Part shown: piece by piece, positions 19,096 through 29,360 of the stretch
How the letters are laid out: each line of letters begins with the position of its first letter
Position numbering within the stretch: the first letter of the stretch is position 1
Assembly: GCA_046483985.1 (NCBI GenBank)
Contig: JAWOCD010000102.1
Location: forward strand, 1 to 60,416
Origin: Promethearchaeia archaeon
Lineage (GTDB): Archaea > Asgardarchaeota > Lokiarchaeia > Sigyniarchaeales > SOKP01
Reading direction: 5' to 3'
Length of the DNA: 60,416 nt
Translations under genes and position numbers: made by a program
Notes under the pieces: model-generated
Databases searched by the model: none
Told to the model about the DNA's origin: nothing
What the model saw: the letters and a program-made list of their open reading frames with translations, nothing else

Positions 19096-20010
19096 TTACT
19101 TACGGCTAGTCAATATTTTAAATGCTAAGATTCCTTTAATATGAATTTTTAATATTCGAAATGGGCATCGTAAGAGAAATTTTATATCTGTCTTTGTAGT
19201 TTTTCGTAGTTCTAAGAATCGTTCATAAAACAGCCTCGCATTCTTTTTATAATGCTTATTTTTCTCAAGTTTAATAAACCGTTCGCAAATCACATTTAAA
19301 GATTCACTATCTTTAAAGGAATAATAATTAGAAGCCCTTAATGCCCATTTCACAGCTTCTAATTGATACTTCATGGGATCCAAATGCTTAATAGGAGTAA
19401 TAAAGATAGAAAACAAGGAAATCATCAAATTCATGACTATTGATTTAATCATTTCTAAGGGAGGGATTTTAATCCTTCTTTTTACAATATCCCGTAAGTC
19501 TTTTCCGTACAATACGTTACTATTATCTATGACGCTCGAGAGCACAATTTTTCGTGGTGCAAATAATTTAGAAAAGAACTTGTTAACTTGAAAAATCCTC
19601 GAAAATTTTGCGTGTTGCCAATAACTTTTTCGGGTAAGAAAATTGCTTACAAACATCCCAGTTGTTTGTTGGATGACACCCAAGACTTTTTTAAAGAATT
19701 TATCATCAATATCACGGAAATTGTGGCGAATCTCCAAGCTGATCAAATATTTTTCCATCTGACGAATCAACCAATTGGTTACGGAATCTTCGAAAATGAT
19801 AAGTAAATCACAGTCGGAAATTTCCGTGTTTTCCTTTTGTTTTTTTCTCTGGCTTCCAAAGATGATAATAGATAAGACTTTTGATTCGCGAACCCGTTTT
19901 TGAACGATTTTTACGACATCTCTAATATAATCTCGGGAACGAGGGGCTAAATCCGTGGTACTCCTATGAATTTCCTCGTTTAATGCTTTAGAAATTTTTT
20001 GATTAAACAA
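19096..20010 (-). CDS. Pol-beta-superfamily nucleotidyltransferase with helical C-terminal domain
   Basis: IIFGS...SDCDLLII motif; LYGKD. Confidence 0.75.
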   Translation of the reverse strand: MFNQKISKALNEEIHRSTTDLAPRSRDYIRDVVKIVQKRVRESKVLSIIIFGSQRKKQKENTEISDCDLLIIFEDSVTNWLIRQMEKYLISLEIRHNFRDIDDKFFKKVLGVIQQTTGMFVSNFLTRKSYWQHAKFSRIFQVNKFFSKLFAPRKIVLSSVIDNSNVLYGKDLRDIVKRRIKIPPLEMIKSIVMNLMISLFSIFITPIKHLDPMKYQLEAVKWALRASNYYSFKDSESLNVICERFIKLEKNKHYKKNARLFYERFLELRKTTKTDIKFLLRCPFRILKIHIKGILAFKILTSRK

Positions 20011-20068
20011 TTTAATTAAAAGCCTTCATTTCAGTTAGAATTTTATCTATATAATAAATATAAAACTA

Positions 20069-22084
20069 TTAAATTCTATTAGCAATCCTGTAAGCTCGGT
20101 ATGTGGCTTCCAATACTGTTTCGGGTTTTCTTGCATCGCCTATCTTCTTGATTTTAATGCCCAAATCCTTCACATCATCGTAAAGTGAATCCTCCGACTT
20201 CACTCCCGTTGCATAATAGACCCTATCAATATCTTTCAGAACCTTTTCTTCCTCCGTTTCTGTAGAATATTTAACATAATCCTTACCGATTTCCGTGACT
20301 CTGGCATTATTTTTAATATCAACTCCAAGTTTTTCGCATTTTTCGAATAAAACCCATCTGGTAGTCTTCCCCAAATTTGCGCCGCATCGTGGTAACTGTT
20401 CCAAAATGGTTACATTTCGATCTCCTGTATATAACATGTCAAGTGCCTTATTCACCTCTAATGCATCGTAAAAGGTAAGAAACTCAAACTGTTTTGGTTC
20501 AAGAGACCCAAATTTAGCGAGATATAATGCAACTTCAATCCCAGTGGCTCCTCCGCCGATGATTACATTATTTTTACCTACGGGGGCATCATTTGATAAC
20601 ACGTCATTGGCCCAATATACATGGCCTTGGTCAATTCCCTCAATTGGTGGTTTATTTGGGACGGTACCTGTAGCAAGAAGTACTATATCCGGGGCAAAAC
20701 CCCTAATTTTACCGAGATCAACCTTTTCATTCAAATGTACATTAATATTGAGTTTCTGTAACCAATACTGATAATTTTCAATCATCCTTTTAAATTCATG
20801 GCGTCCCGGTGGTTTCCAAATGATATTTAATAATCCCCCAATTCTATCATCTTCTTCGAAAAGATGAACGTTATGACCACGTTTTTTTGCAATTCTTGCG
20901 GCCTCGAGACCGGCAGGTCCCGCACCAACTATCATCACTTTTTTTTGCTCTTTCACGGGATTTAATTCCGTTTTTGCTTCTCTTCCAGCCCGGGGATTTC
21001 TAAGGCATGTTATGGACCGCATAGCAAACACATTATCGAAACATCCTTGGTTACATCCCACGCAATAAATTATGTCGCGTAAGTTTCCTGCTTTTGCTTT
21101 CTTTGGCAAATATGGGTCTGCAATAAGACCACGTCCCATACAAATAGCGTCCGCTTGATCCGCTAATAATGTCTCTTCGGCAATTTTCGGATAATTAATC
21201 CGATTGGAAGCAAATACGGGGATTGACACAGACTCTTTTATATTTTTTGCGAGATATGTAAAACACCCTTCAGGGACATCCATTGTAAGTTGCGGAACTT
21301 TGGTTTCATGCCATCCTCCAGTGACATTAATGTAATCAATTCCGGCACTTTCATAAGCCTTCGCAATGGGGGGTTTATCCTTATATGTCAAACTTCCCGG
21401 CACAAAATCATCTCCAGCCATTCGCATCCCTACAACAAATTCATCGTCTACTTGATCCCTTATTTTGTTAATAATCCCCAAGGGGAATCTTAATCGATTT
21501 TCAAGACTTCCCCCGTACTCATCCTCTCTCTTATTTACAAGGGGAGAAAGAAATTGATCAATAAGATACCCCGCGGAACCACAAATTTCCACGCAGTCAA
21601 AGCCCGCTTTCTGAGCCCGTAAAGCTGCATCTGCAAAGGCTTTTTGTTCCTGTTCTATTTCCTCAAGCGTCATTCGTTTGGGAGTTGATTTACTAAAGTT
21701 ACTGTATTCCGCAGACGAGGAGAGAGGTGTTGTTCCAATAATCTGAGGAAAGGAATAGCGTCCAGAGTGGTACAGTTGGGCTCCCACCTTTACACCCTCC
21801 CGTGCTTGATGAATAGCTTCGGTAAATTCCTTCATTTTAGGTATATATTTGTCGTCATCAACGGCAATCATCATAGGGACTCCCTTTCCATATAAGCTTA
21901 CATAACACCCTCCCACTAATATTAATCCTGCACCGCCCTTTGCACGCTCTGAATAAAAATCGATTAAATCTTGAGTCATAAAACCCTTATCAGCAAGATT
22001 TAAATGCATGGCAGGCATAACAATTCTATTTGACAGTTTCATCCCTTGTATTGAAAGGGAAGAGAATAATCTAAAAAATTTCAT
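20069..22084 (-). CDS. fadH: 2,4-dienoyl-CoA reductase (FadH-like OYE/Fe-S/FAD oxidoreductase)
   Basis: NRIVMPAMH, GYLIDQFLSP..NKREDEYGGSLENR, GGWHE, CVGCNQGCFD, GAGPAG. Confidence 0.85.
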   Translation of the reverse strand: MKFFRLFSSLSIQGMKLSNRIVMPAMHLNLADKGFMTQDLIDFYSERAKGGAGLILVGGCYVSLYGKGVPMMIAVDDDKYIPKMKEFTEAIHQAREGVKVGAQLYHSGRYSFPQIIGTTPLSSSAEYSNFSKSTPKRMTLEEIEQEQKAFADAALRAQKAGFDCVEICGSAGYLIDQFLSPLVNKREDEYGGSLENRLRFPLGIINKIRDQVDDEFVVGMRMAGDDFVPGSLTYKDKPPIAKAYESAGIDYINVTGGWHETKVPQLTMDVPEGCFTYLAKNIKESVSIPVFASNRINYPKIAEETLLADQADAICMGRGLIADPYLPKKAKAGNLRDIIYCVGCNQGCFDNVFAMRSITCLRNPRAGREAKTELNPVKEQKKVMIVGAGPAGLEAARIAKKRGHNVHLFEEDDRIGGLLNIIWKPPGRHEFKRMIENYQYWLQKLNINVHLNEKVDLGKIRGFAPDIVLLATGTVPNKPPIEGIDQGHVYWANDVLSNDAPVGKNNVIIGGGATGIEVALYLAKFGSLEPKQFEFLTFYDALEVNKALDMLYTGDRNVTILEQLPRCGANLGKTTRWVLFEKCEKLGVDIKNNARVTEIGKDYVKYSTETEEEKVLKDIDRVYYATGVKSEDSLYDDVKDLGIKIKKIGDARKPETVLEATYRAYRIANRI

Positions 22085-22157
22085 AACCTATCACATATAA
22101 TTTTGAAAAATTAAAAAGGGTTAGTTATCCAAAATTTGGAAAACATAAAAGATTGAG

Positions 22158-22949
22158 TTATCGAAAATAAGAATCCAACTCTTTAGAAGACTTTTTTGAT
22201 CCCTTCATAAACGCATCTGCTTGCTTTTTAAAATTGTCTAGAGCATCTTCGGCATCTTCTACTTTCTTATCCAATTCGGTATAGTCCATGTCAATCTCTA
22301 AATATGCACTTAAGACTTCCACCAGACTCTTAGAGGCTTCCGGATCAACATTCATCATGGGCATCGGGATTGTTTCGGCTAAAAGACAAATCCCAGGAGC
22401 GTAACCTTTCCTCCCCGCCCAAGTCGGCATAATTCCATTTGCTCCAGCAATAGCACCACTCTCCATTTTCATTGTATTTTCAAATTCCAGAAACTCGTCA
22501 AGCTTTACTTTGTCGGTGCTGCTAATATTAACTTTTGACCGATCCTCGGTTTTTTTATCTGAAATCAACGCACCAGCACTTATATAGATCTTAATTTGCC
22601 CGTCAGTTAGCTCATCTATTTTTTCACAAAATTGTCTCGAAAAATCATATACACCCTCAGGATTCTTCGGTTGTGTGTGGGAAATTAAAGCGAGAATGTC
22701 TGGCTTGTTCTCTTCTTTGCGGGATTTATAAAAGACCTCAGCAGTAGGTAGCTCTAGCTGGCCATTATCCACCCGACTTTTTGCAGGAAAATCAAAATAT
22801 TCAATTTCTAAATAAAGGTCGGCATTTAAAGAATTTTTAATAGATTCAATGGCTAATTTGCCTATTAGTCCTATTCCAGCCCAGCCAACAAGAACCGCAA
22901 CATCGTTCTCAAATGCAACATCAAATTTTTCTTCGATATTAAAATACAT
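22158..22949 (-). CDS. PAC2-family proteasome assembly chaperone
   Basis: GWAGIGLIGK, GAIAGANG, CLLAET, DPEAS, coiled-coil tail. Confidence 0.85.
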   Translation of the reverse strand: MYFNIEEKFDVAFENDVAVLVGWAGIGLIGKLAIESIKNSLNADLYLEIEYFDFPAKSRVDNGQLELPTAEVFYKSRKEENKPDILALISHTQPKNPEGVYDFSRQFCEKIDELTDGQIKIYISAGALISDKKTEDRSKVNISSTDKVKLDEFLEFENTMKMESGAIAGANGIMPTWAGRKGYAPGICLLAETIPMPMMNVDPEASKSLVEVLSAYLEIDMDYTELDKKVEDAEDALDNFKKQADAFMKGSKKSSKELDSYFR

Positions 22950-23055
22950 CGGTTAGGATCTTTTATGGGTAATTTAGATTTAAGTTTAAAAATAATAGGA
23001 ATAAATTAAAAATACGGGTTCATACTAAAGAATTTTTAAGATCAAATAAATTTTT

Positions 23056-23805
23056 TTATTTCTCGTAATCGATCTTGCTGTAATACTGAAGTTCTTCGAA
23101 AAAGTTATCTATCTTCTCTAACATACCAATCTTCTTCAAATTCAGTATCCCAAGATAAAAGTCCTTTAAGGGAGGAAACTCAACCTCGTCCGGATCTTTT
23201 CCCTCTTCACGGGCACGATCCTTTACTAATTCTTTTGTAAGATAGATTAAGTTGTCAAGGTAAAAATATCCGATTTTTCGGGAAAAATTATCCGCAGCTT
23301 CATAGATATATTGTTCTAAAGGCTCCTCGGGATCAAATCCACGATATTTAGCAACATGAGGATAAGTAAGATCAACATTTAGATATTCAAACAACATCTG
23401 CTTAGCTTCATCAAATACCGATTTATCTCCATTCCAATCTTCAATAATATCATCATATTTGGATTCAAATTCAAAGAGAAACTTTTCCAGCACTCTTTCC
23501 ATAAGGTCGATATTCTCTTCTGTAATTGTTCCGGGTTTGAAAATAGCCATAAGCCGAAACGTGCTTCCTTCATAGAAAATAACTTCCGTATCATCTTCAA
23601 GTTTATAGAGTTTCATATCTCCATAGAAAAGATCAAGATCTGCACTGATTTCATAAGCTTCTTCCCGTATCTCTTCAGTTACTCTGCTCATTGGGTGATA
23701 AAAGTTAAAGATTACTCTTCCAGACTCTCTCAAAGAAATTTCCAAATCAAGTAGCCCCTTAATTACATAATAGCGAGCCAATTTTTCTTGTTGTTCGATA
23801 CTCAT
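23056..23805 (-). CDS. Hypothetical protein with longin-like domain
   Basis: Beta-strand run VIFYEGSTFRLMAIF followed by helix F..EFE..Y...WNGDKSVF, resembling longin-like domains of Lokiarchaeal proteins. Confidence 0.55.
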   Translation of the reverse strand: MSIEQQEKLARYYVIKGLLDLEISLRESGRVIFNFYHPMSRVTEEIREEAYEISADLDLFYGDMKLYKLEDDTEVIFYEGSTFRLMAIFKPGTITEENIDLMERVLEKFLFEFESKYDDIIEDWNGDKSVFDEAKQMLFEYLNVDLTYPHVAKYRGFDPEEPLEQYIYEAADNFSRKIGYFYLDNLIYLTKELVKDRAREEGKDPDEVEFPPLKDFYLGILNLKKIGMLEKIDNFFEELQYYSKIDYEK

Positions 23806-23848
23806 TATTGTATATAATTATTTAGTTTTTTCTATATTTATATTTTAA

Positions 23849-24910
23849 TTATTCATTTAAAGGATCTAAAGATTCTCCGCAGTTAGGACAATATTTCTTA
23901 GGCACTCTGACATAATAACCACAAAAGGGACAATAATAACCTTTTTTAGTTTGATCTTGCTCCTGGATTGTTTTTTTTGGTTCTTGTGGTTGGGTTTGGG
24001 TCCCTTTGGACTGATCACGATACGGAGATTCATAAGGTGTTGGCTGTTCATATCTCTCTTGTTGAGGTGATTGCCATCGGGATTGAGATTGAATTTCTTT
24101 TTTAATTTTAAGATTAGAATATAGGGGAGTCAATAAAGAGATTAAGAGAGGTCCTAAGAGAATACTCGGTAAATCCATGAGAACATTAAGAAAAATGACC
24201 ATACCAAGGCTACCACTAGCTGGAAAGAGGTCAGAGAGAAATGAAATTGAAAAATTAGCTACGTAATCAATTATTACCACAATCAAAAATAAGCCGATTA
24301 ATCTCGTTTTAGCACCGCTTACTTTGGAAAGCGATTTAGCCTTGTTGATTTGTCTTCCTTGATCCCCATGAAAAGTAAACAGATAAAAGATAAAATAGAG
24401 GTAAATCACCACATTGGGAATATAAAACAAGACCGCACCAATCGACATCCCAATTGCAAAAAGTAAAATTACATAAATTAAGCGTCTATTCCGAAAAGTA
24501 TTCTTAAATTCGGTCCAAAAGTCAGTCTCTTCTCCATTGTATTTCTTCACTAAATAATTACTTACCGATGCCATGGCAGATATCAAGAATAGCAGTAGTA
24601 TTAACGAGTTGAAAAATGTGAGAGCTGAACTCAACAACAAATAGGAAGTCATTTTATCATACTGTGCCTCAGTAAATTGAAGTTCGTTAGACCCCAAAAG
24701 CCCTTCATAGACATCAACCATCTCATTAGTCAATTGAGTAACCTGCGCACTTAAATCATACAATAAAATGACTTTTAAAATGCTTGAGGTTACCAGAAAA
24801 ATGAGAAATGGGATGATAATTTTTACATAATTTGAGATGAATAATTGAAATCCATCAGAGAGAATGTCTCCAAAACTTTTAGTGCCTTTTTGCTGTTTAT
24901 TATTAATCAT
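23849..24910 (-). CDS. Multi-TM membrane protein with C-terminal zinc ribbon
   Basis: About 6 TM segments, Q/P-rich linker, CPFC...CPNC. Confidence 0.75.
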   Translation of the reverse strand: MINNKQQKGTKSFGDILSDGFQLFISNYVKIIIPFLIFLVTSSILKVILLYDLSAQVTQLTNEMVDVYEGLLGSNELQFTEAQYDKMTSYLLLSSALTFFNSLILLLFLISAMASVSNYLVKKYNGEETDFWTEFKNTFRNRRLIYVILLFAIGMSIGAVLFYIPNVVIYLYFIFYLFTFHGDQGRQINKAKSLSKVSGAKTRLIGLFLIVVIIDYVANFSISFLSDLFPASGSLGMVIFLNVLMDLPSILLGPLLISLLTPLYSNLKIKKEIQSQSRWQSPQQERYEQPTPYESPYRDQSKGTQTQPQEPKKTIQEQDQTKKGYYCPFCGYYVRVPKKYCPNCGESLDPLNE

Positions 24911-24971
24911 TAAATATAAATAAAAAACATAAACAAAAAAGTTTTTTTATATTTTTATAAAAATTTATTGA

Positions 24972-26960
24972 ATGCAGATAATTATTAAGTATAGATATTT
25001 AAAAGAAAGAAAGTATTTCATCAAAAAAGTAGCAATGTATGGACAACCCCCAAAAACTACCCGGCACGCCCCTGGTATCTTTGATTATCTTGAATTTTTT
25101 TCTACTAAGACTTTAGCATATTCTGTATTCTTTGCAACCCCAATTGGAATTGGGTTATTTTCTGCAATCTTACATTCCGTTTTTATGCGGAAATTTGAAT
25201 TTTTATCGTTTTTCTTTTATTTTCTCTTGATCACTCTAATCTTTTTTGCAATTGTGTTGGGAGGCGTTCTAATCACCATCGGATTATATTCCAAAAAAGC
25301 CCCAGTGTTAAAATTACCACCGAAAGGATGGGGGATCCAATTAAATAGCCTTTTTACCGCAATCATTGGAGGCAGCTTCATAGTAGGAGAAATCTTGACA
25401 ATTCTTCTTGAAAACATCACCTTTCAAGAAGTGTTTTTTATCTTGGGAACAATTGTTTCTTATGTGGTTGCCTTTACTATCTACTTCTCGTTCACGACAG
25501 TAGAGCAACCGGGTTATTTAATATTATCATTAATTCAACCCATCATTGGAATTATCTTATACAGTTTATATACCGCTCAAATTTCGGTTCAATTCTTCAT
25601 CCGGGCTATCATTTTTTTCTGTTCATGCGCATTTTTGTATGCTCTTCCGTATGCCCGAGGATTATTCCATGTTTCTAATATTTACCGAGATGCAACTGGT
25701 TTAAGTGGATATGGATTTATCAGAGCCTTTGTGCTGTCTATGATGACTGACGGAAATGATGAAAAAATAGAAGAATTATTTGATAGAGTCGGCGTTGATT
25801 CAGAAGTGGAAGTACAGTACTTAGCAATTAGGAGACAAAAAAACAAAAAGCTTAAAGGGCTCTTTCTTCTGCCCGATATCCATTTCGGACCCTTTAAAAC
25901 ATGCGGTTCCTCGGACCTCCCCGAAAATCTTTATAAAGAATTCGAAGATATTCCAGGTACGACGGTTTATCATACCACTAATGATCACTCTAAAAATCTC
26001 ACAACAGAAGAAGAAGTGAAAAAAGTTTTGGGAAGGATTAAAAATAAAGTTGAACATATGAAAAAGAATGAAAAAATTGAATGGAAAAGAAAGGTTTCAA
26101 ACTTTAAACGCGATATGGAAAATTCCGCAAAATTAATCGGGATCATAGTGGATAACGTACCGATAGTCTTCCTAACTCGGCATCCTCTTCCCTCAGATGA
26201 CATAGAATCTACGGTCGGGAAAGAAATACGAGAGAATGCAACTAATAAGGAATTTAATTATAAAGATATCATGATAATAGACTCCCACAATTCCATTATA
26301 GGAGATGAAATTCATATAAAAAAGGACAGCCTTGAAGCTAACGACCTAATAGACGTTGTGAATAACTACCTTCGGGCGAACCAAAAAGAGGATAATGAAG
26401 AAGAAATGCTCTACGGAGTGGCAAAAGATTCCTTGGAAGAATATTCAGAGAAAGACGGGATCGGTTACGGGGGCATGGTAGTTCATCTCTTTCAAAATAA
26501 AAAGACAAAACAAAAAACGGCTCTTATCCATTTTGATGCAAATAATGCATATGTGGATATCCGATCCTATATCTTAAACAAACTTCAAAATCGAGGTATT
26601 GATAAGGGTGAAATGACCACCTCAGATTCGCATACCGTCGCCCGGCAGTTTAGTAGCCGCGGTTATTCTCCAATTGGGGACAAAATCAAGATCGATTATA
26701 TTCTAGACAAAGTCGATGAATTAATTAAAAAGGCTGAAGAAGATCTTGAACCCGTGGAATTTCACTATGAAAAATCGCTTGAAAGGGATATACGGATTTG
26801 GGGAGATCTCAAGTATTTCGATGCCATTATGAAGACTTTAGAGGAATGTATACACGTATCAGAGCGATTACTCACATTGTCATTAATTGTGCCAACCTTT
26901 TTCTCGCTTATACTGTTATTGTTCTACTATAATATTCAATTAGGAGAAATTATAAATTAA
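24972..26960 (+). CDS. DUF2070-family membrane protein
   Basis: N-terminal TM bundle; HFGPF..CGSS.LP, H..NDH, DSHN, DANN, TSDSH motifs. Real start may be ATG 25035. Confidence 0.85.
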   Translation: MQIIIKYRYLKERKYFIKKVAMYGQPPKTTRHAPGIFDYLEFFSTKTLAYSVFFATPIGIGLFSAILHSVFMRKFEFLSFFFYFLLITLIFFAIVLGGVLITIGLYSKKAPVLKLPPKGWGIQLNSLFTAIIGGSFIVGEILTILLENITFQEVFFILGTIVSYVVAFTIYFSFTTVEQPGYLILSLIQPIIGIILYSLYTAQISVQFFIRAIIFFCSCAFLYALPYARGLFHVSNIYRDATGLSGYGFIRAFVLSMMTDGNDEKIEELFDRVGVDSEVEVQYLAIRRQKNKKLKGLFLLPDIHFGPFKTCGSSDLPENLYKEFEDIPGTTVYHTTNDHSKNLTTEEEVKKVLGRIKNKVEHMKKNEKIEWKRKVSNFKRDMENSAKLIGIIVDNVPIVFLTRHPLPSDDIESTVGKEIRENATNKEFNYKDIMIIDSHNSIIGDEIHIKKDSLEANDLIDVVNNYLRANQKEDNEEEMLYGVAKDSLEEYSEKDGIGYGGMVVHLFQNKKTKQKTALIHFDANNAYVDIRSYILNKLQNRGIDKGEMTTSDSHTVARQFSSRGYSPIGDKIKIDYILDKVDELIKKAEEDLEPVEFHYEKSLERDIRIWGDLKYFDAIMKTLEECIHVSERLLTLSLIVPTFFSLILLLFYYNIQLGEIIN

Positions 26961-26997
26961 AATATATATTTCAAATCAAATTTGAATAAATAAAATA

Positions 26998-27885
26998 ATG
27001 AGAGAAGTTATTGTAAAATTCCAAGCATTTAAAGAAATGGTTAAATTCTTATCTCAATATTCATCTAATAAGATCCCAAAAGAAGAATGGGTAGAATCAA
27101 TGGGTTTCCTTTTTTGCAATGTTGAAGATGATTATTATATTATTGAAGATGCCGTAGGAATGACATCAGGTACTGAATTAGATGTAAATCTGTCCCCTAT
27201 GAAATTTGGAAATATTAATGAGATTGAACGGGAACATAAAGGCTTCCTCGGTGGTTGGTGGCACACACACCCAAACCTTTCGCTATTTTTTAGTGAAACG
27301 GATAAAAAAAATCAAGTTTTCTACCAACAAAATAATCCAGATGGCTTAGGTATTGTATTCGATCATACGATGATTGATCATGATTTTCTGGGATTTAAAA
27401 TCTTTCGATTACTTCACCAATATAGTGAGGAAGTACAAGAAGTACCCTATCAAGTTTTGGGATTTCCAGAAAAAGGTCTAAGAGAGAGTTTAAACTTACT
27501 TGGAACAGACGAAAACATCATTAATTCTTTAGTGGAAGAATATGCTGGTAAGGAGTCCGCAATTAAAATCGATTTTAATACTCTTAGCGAACCGTTAGTC
27601 GATGACCCGCTCGGAGACAGCAAATGGATTGAAATGGAAGGGGATGATCTTATGGAAAAGGATAAAGTTATGAAAGCCTTAAAAAAGTACAAACTCGCCG
27701 CGAATATATTGGAATCCACAGAATACCAAAAAGAGTATGCTCACTTGCTTTTAAAACTTATTGAAAATTGCCTAGCACACAATTATATCGAGAATGCAAA
27801 GGAAGAATTTGAGAACAATAGAAAAATGCTAGAAACCCATATTGAAACTGAAAAATTTGAAGAGATCAGTCAGAAACTTAGCTAA
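26998..27885 (+). CDS. JAB/MPN+ (JAMM) metallo-isopeptidase with helical C-terminal domain
   Basis: E (ESMGFL) plus complete HxHx7SxxD (GWWHTHPNLSLFFSETD), GIVFD. Confidence 0.9.
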   Translation: MREVIVKFQAFKEMVKFLSQYSSNKIPKEEWVESMGFLFCNVEDDYYIIEDAVGMTSGTELDVNLSPMKFGNINEIEREHKGFLGGWWHTHPNLSLFFSETDKKNQVFYQQNNPDGLGIVFDHTMIDHDFLGFKIFRLLHQYSEEVQEVPYQVLGFPEKGLRESLNLLGTDENIINSLVEEYAGKESAIKIDFNTLSEPLVDDPLGDSKWIEMEGDDLMEKDKVMKALKKYKLAANILESTEYQKEYAHLLLKLIENCLAHNYIENAKEEFENNRKMLETHIETEKFEEISQKLS

Positions 27886-27994
27886 AGTTTTCAAAAAAAA
27901 ATAAACATTTATTAAATTCTTTAGTGAAAGTTTAATTTATAAAAGATATTTTTATATCTATCTTAAAATTTCAATATGAGGTAATTAATTTAAT

Positions 27995-28723
27995 ATGGAT
28001 TTAGGAACGCTCGAAATTGTCAGTGGAACATTCTCCATCATATTTGTCTTGATTTCATCTTATGTTGGCGTAAGAATAGCCAAACGCTATTTTGACACGA
28101 ATCAAAAGGAATTCTTGTTCGTCGGAATTGCATGGATTGGGATTGTAAGTCCATGGTGGCCGTCGTCAGTCTCTTTTTTATCCGCTTTGATAACCGGAAA
28201 AGGAATTTCGGATGGATTATACTTTATTATAGGAAATGCATTCATCATCTTCTTTATGAATTGTTGGCTGGCTGCTTTTACCGAATTGATATATAAAAAA
28301 CTCCAGAAGGTGATAATGATTGGATTTTCCATTTGGAATGTGATTTTTGAGATCTTCTTGTTTTATTATATATTCACAGGCCAAACGTCAATGATTGGTA
28401 CCTTAAATGGAGTACTTGATGTTAGATACGAGGGGCTTACCATGATATTTTTAATAACTATCATTGTTATCTTGTTTTCCACTGGAATATTCTTCGGAAG
28501 GGAGTCCTTAAAGTCCGAGCATAAAGAAATTAAACTCAAAGGAAAACTCTTAATTTGGGCAATATTTTTATGGTCGGTCGGTGCTGCATTAGACTCCGTA
28601 ATTCCATTGAACCTTATTACCCTGCCGATTACGAGAATTATTTTAATAACGAGCTCTATTTTATTTCTAGGAGGGTGGATTCTGCCAGATTGGATGAAAA
28701 AGATATTCTTAGACAATAAATAA
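27995..28723 (+). CDS. 7-TM membrane protein of unknown function
   Basis: Seven hydrophobic segments; ends GWILPDWMKK. Confidence 0.75.
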   Translation: MDLGTLEIVSGTFSIIFVLISSYVGVRIAKRYFDTNQKEFLFVGIAWIGIVSPWWPSSVSFLSALITGKGISDGLYFIIGNAFIIFFMNCWLAAFTELIYKKLQKVIMIGFSIWNVIFEIFLFYYIFTGQTSMIGTLNGVLDVRYEGLTMIFLITIIVILFSTGIFFGRESLKSEHKEIKLKGKLLIWAIFLWSVGAALDSVIPLNLITLPITRIILITSSILFLGGWILPDWMKKIFLDNK

Positions 28724-28831
28724 TTTACGATTTTTCTTTTTTCTTTTTAGTGCTTTTACTGGACTAACATACAAGAAAGGAGATAGTTCATTTCCTCCAT
28801 TTTCCTTTACAAATGGAACCGCACGTCCCAT

Positions 28832-29074
28832 TTAATTTTCTATTAATAAGCCTTTCTTAATTAAATCTTCTATCGTATCATTTAATTGATCTTCGGGTAA
28901 GTTAATCTTTTTATCCTTTTTAATCCCAAGTAGGACATTATATTCCTCAGAATTCAAAAATGCAAATTTATGGGCAACCTCGATGATTTGTTCGGGCATG
29001 CCATCCTCAAATCTTATCCCTCGACCTATTAATTTTTTTACTGGTTTTAATTTTAAATTTATTCGTTCAGTCAT
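28832..29074 (-). CDS. Small hypothetical protein
   Basis: 80-aa ORF with strong AAGGAGGT ribosome-binding site upstream on the - strand. Confidence 0.65.
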   Translation of the reverse strand: MTERINLKLKPVKKLIGRGIRFEDGMPEQIIEVAHKFAFLNSEEYNVLLGIKKDKKINLPEDQLNDTIEDLIKKGLLIEN

Positions 29075-29360
29075 TTTAAAACCTCCTTATTTACTTTTAT
29101 TTATTTGAAAATATATTCTTAGTTTATAAAAATGCATTGAAGTAGAATCAATGTGATACTCCTTAGAACAAAATAAGATCGGAGATTTAAATTTATACCC
29201 CCTTCGATTGGTTAATCAATTATTTAGAAACGAACATTATTGAGAAAGATTTGCATAATTATGACCATCTACACTATCTTTTTTGGACATTTCTCTCATT
29301 TCTGAATCTTCATTCGCTATAAGTTAAAAAAAAATTTAAAAAATTAAAAAGAGATAATTA

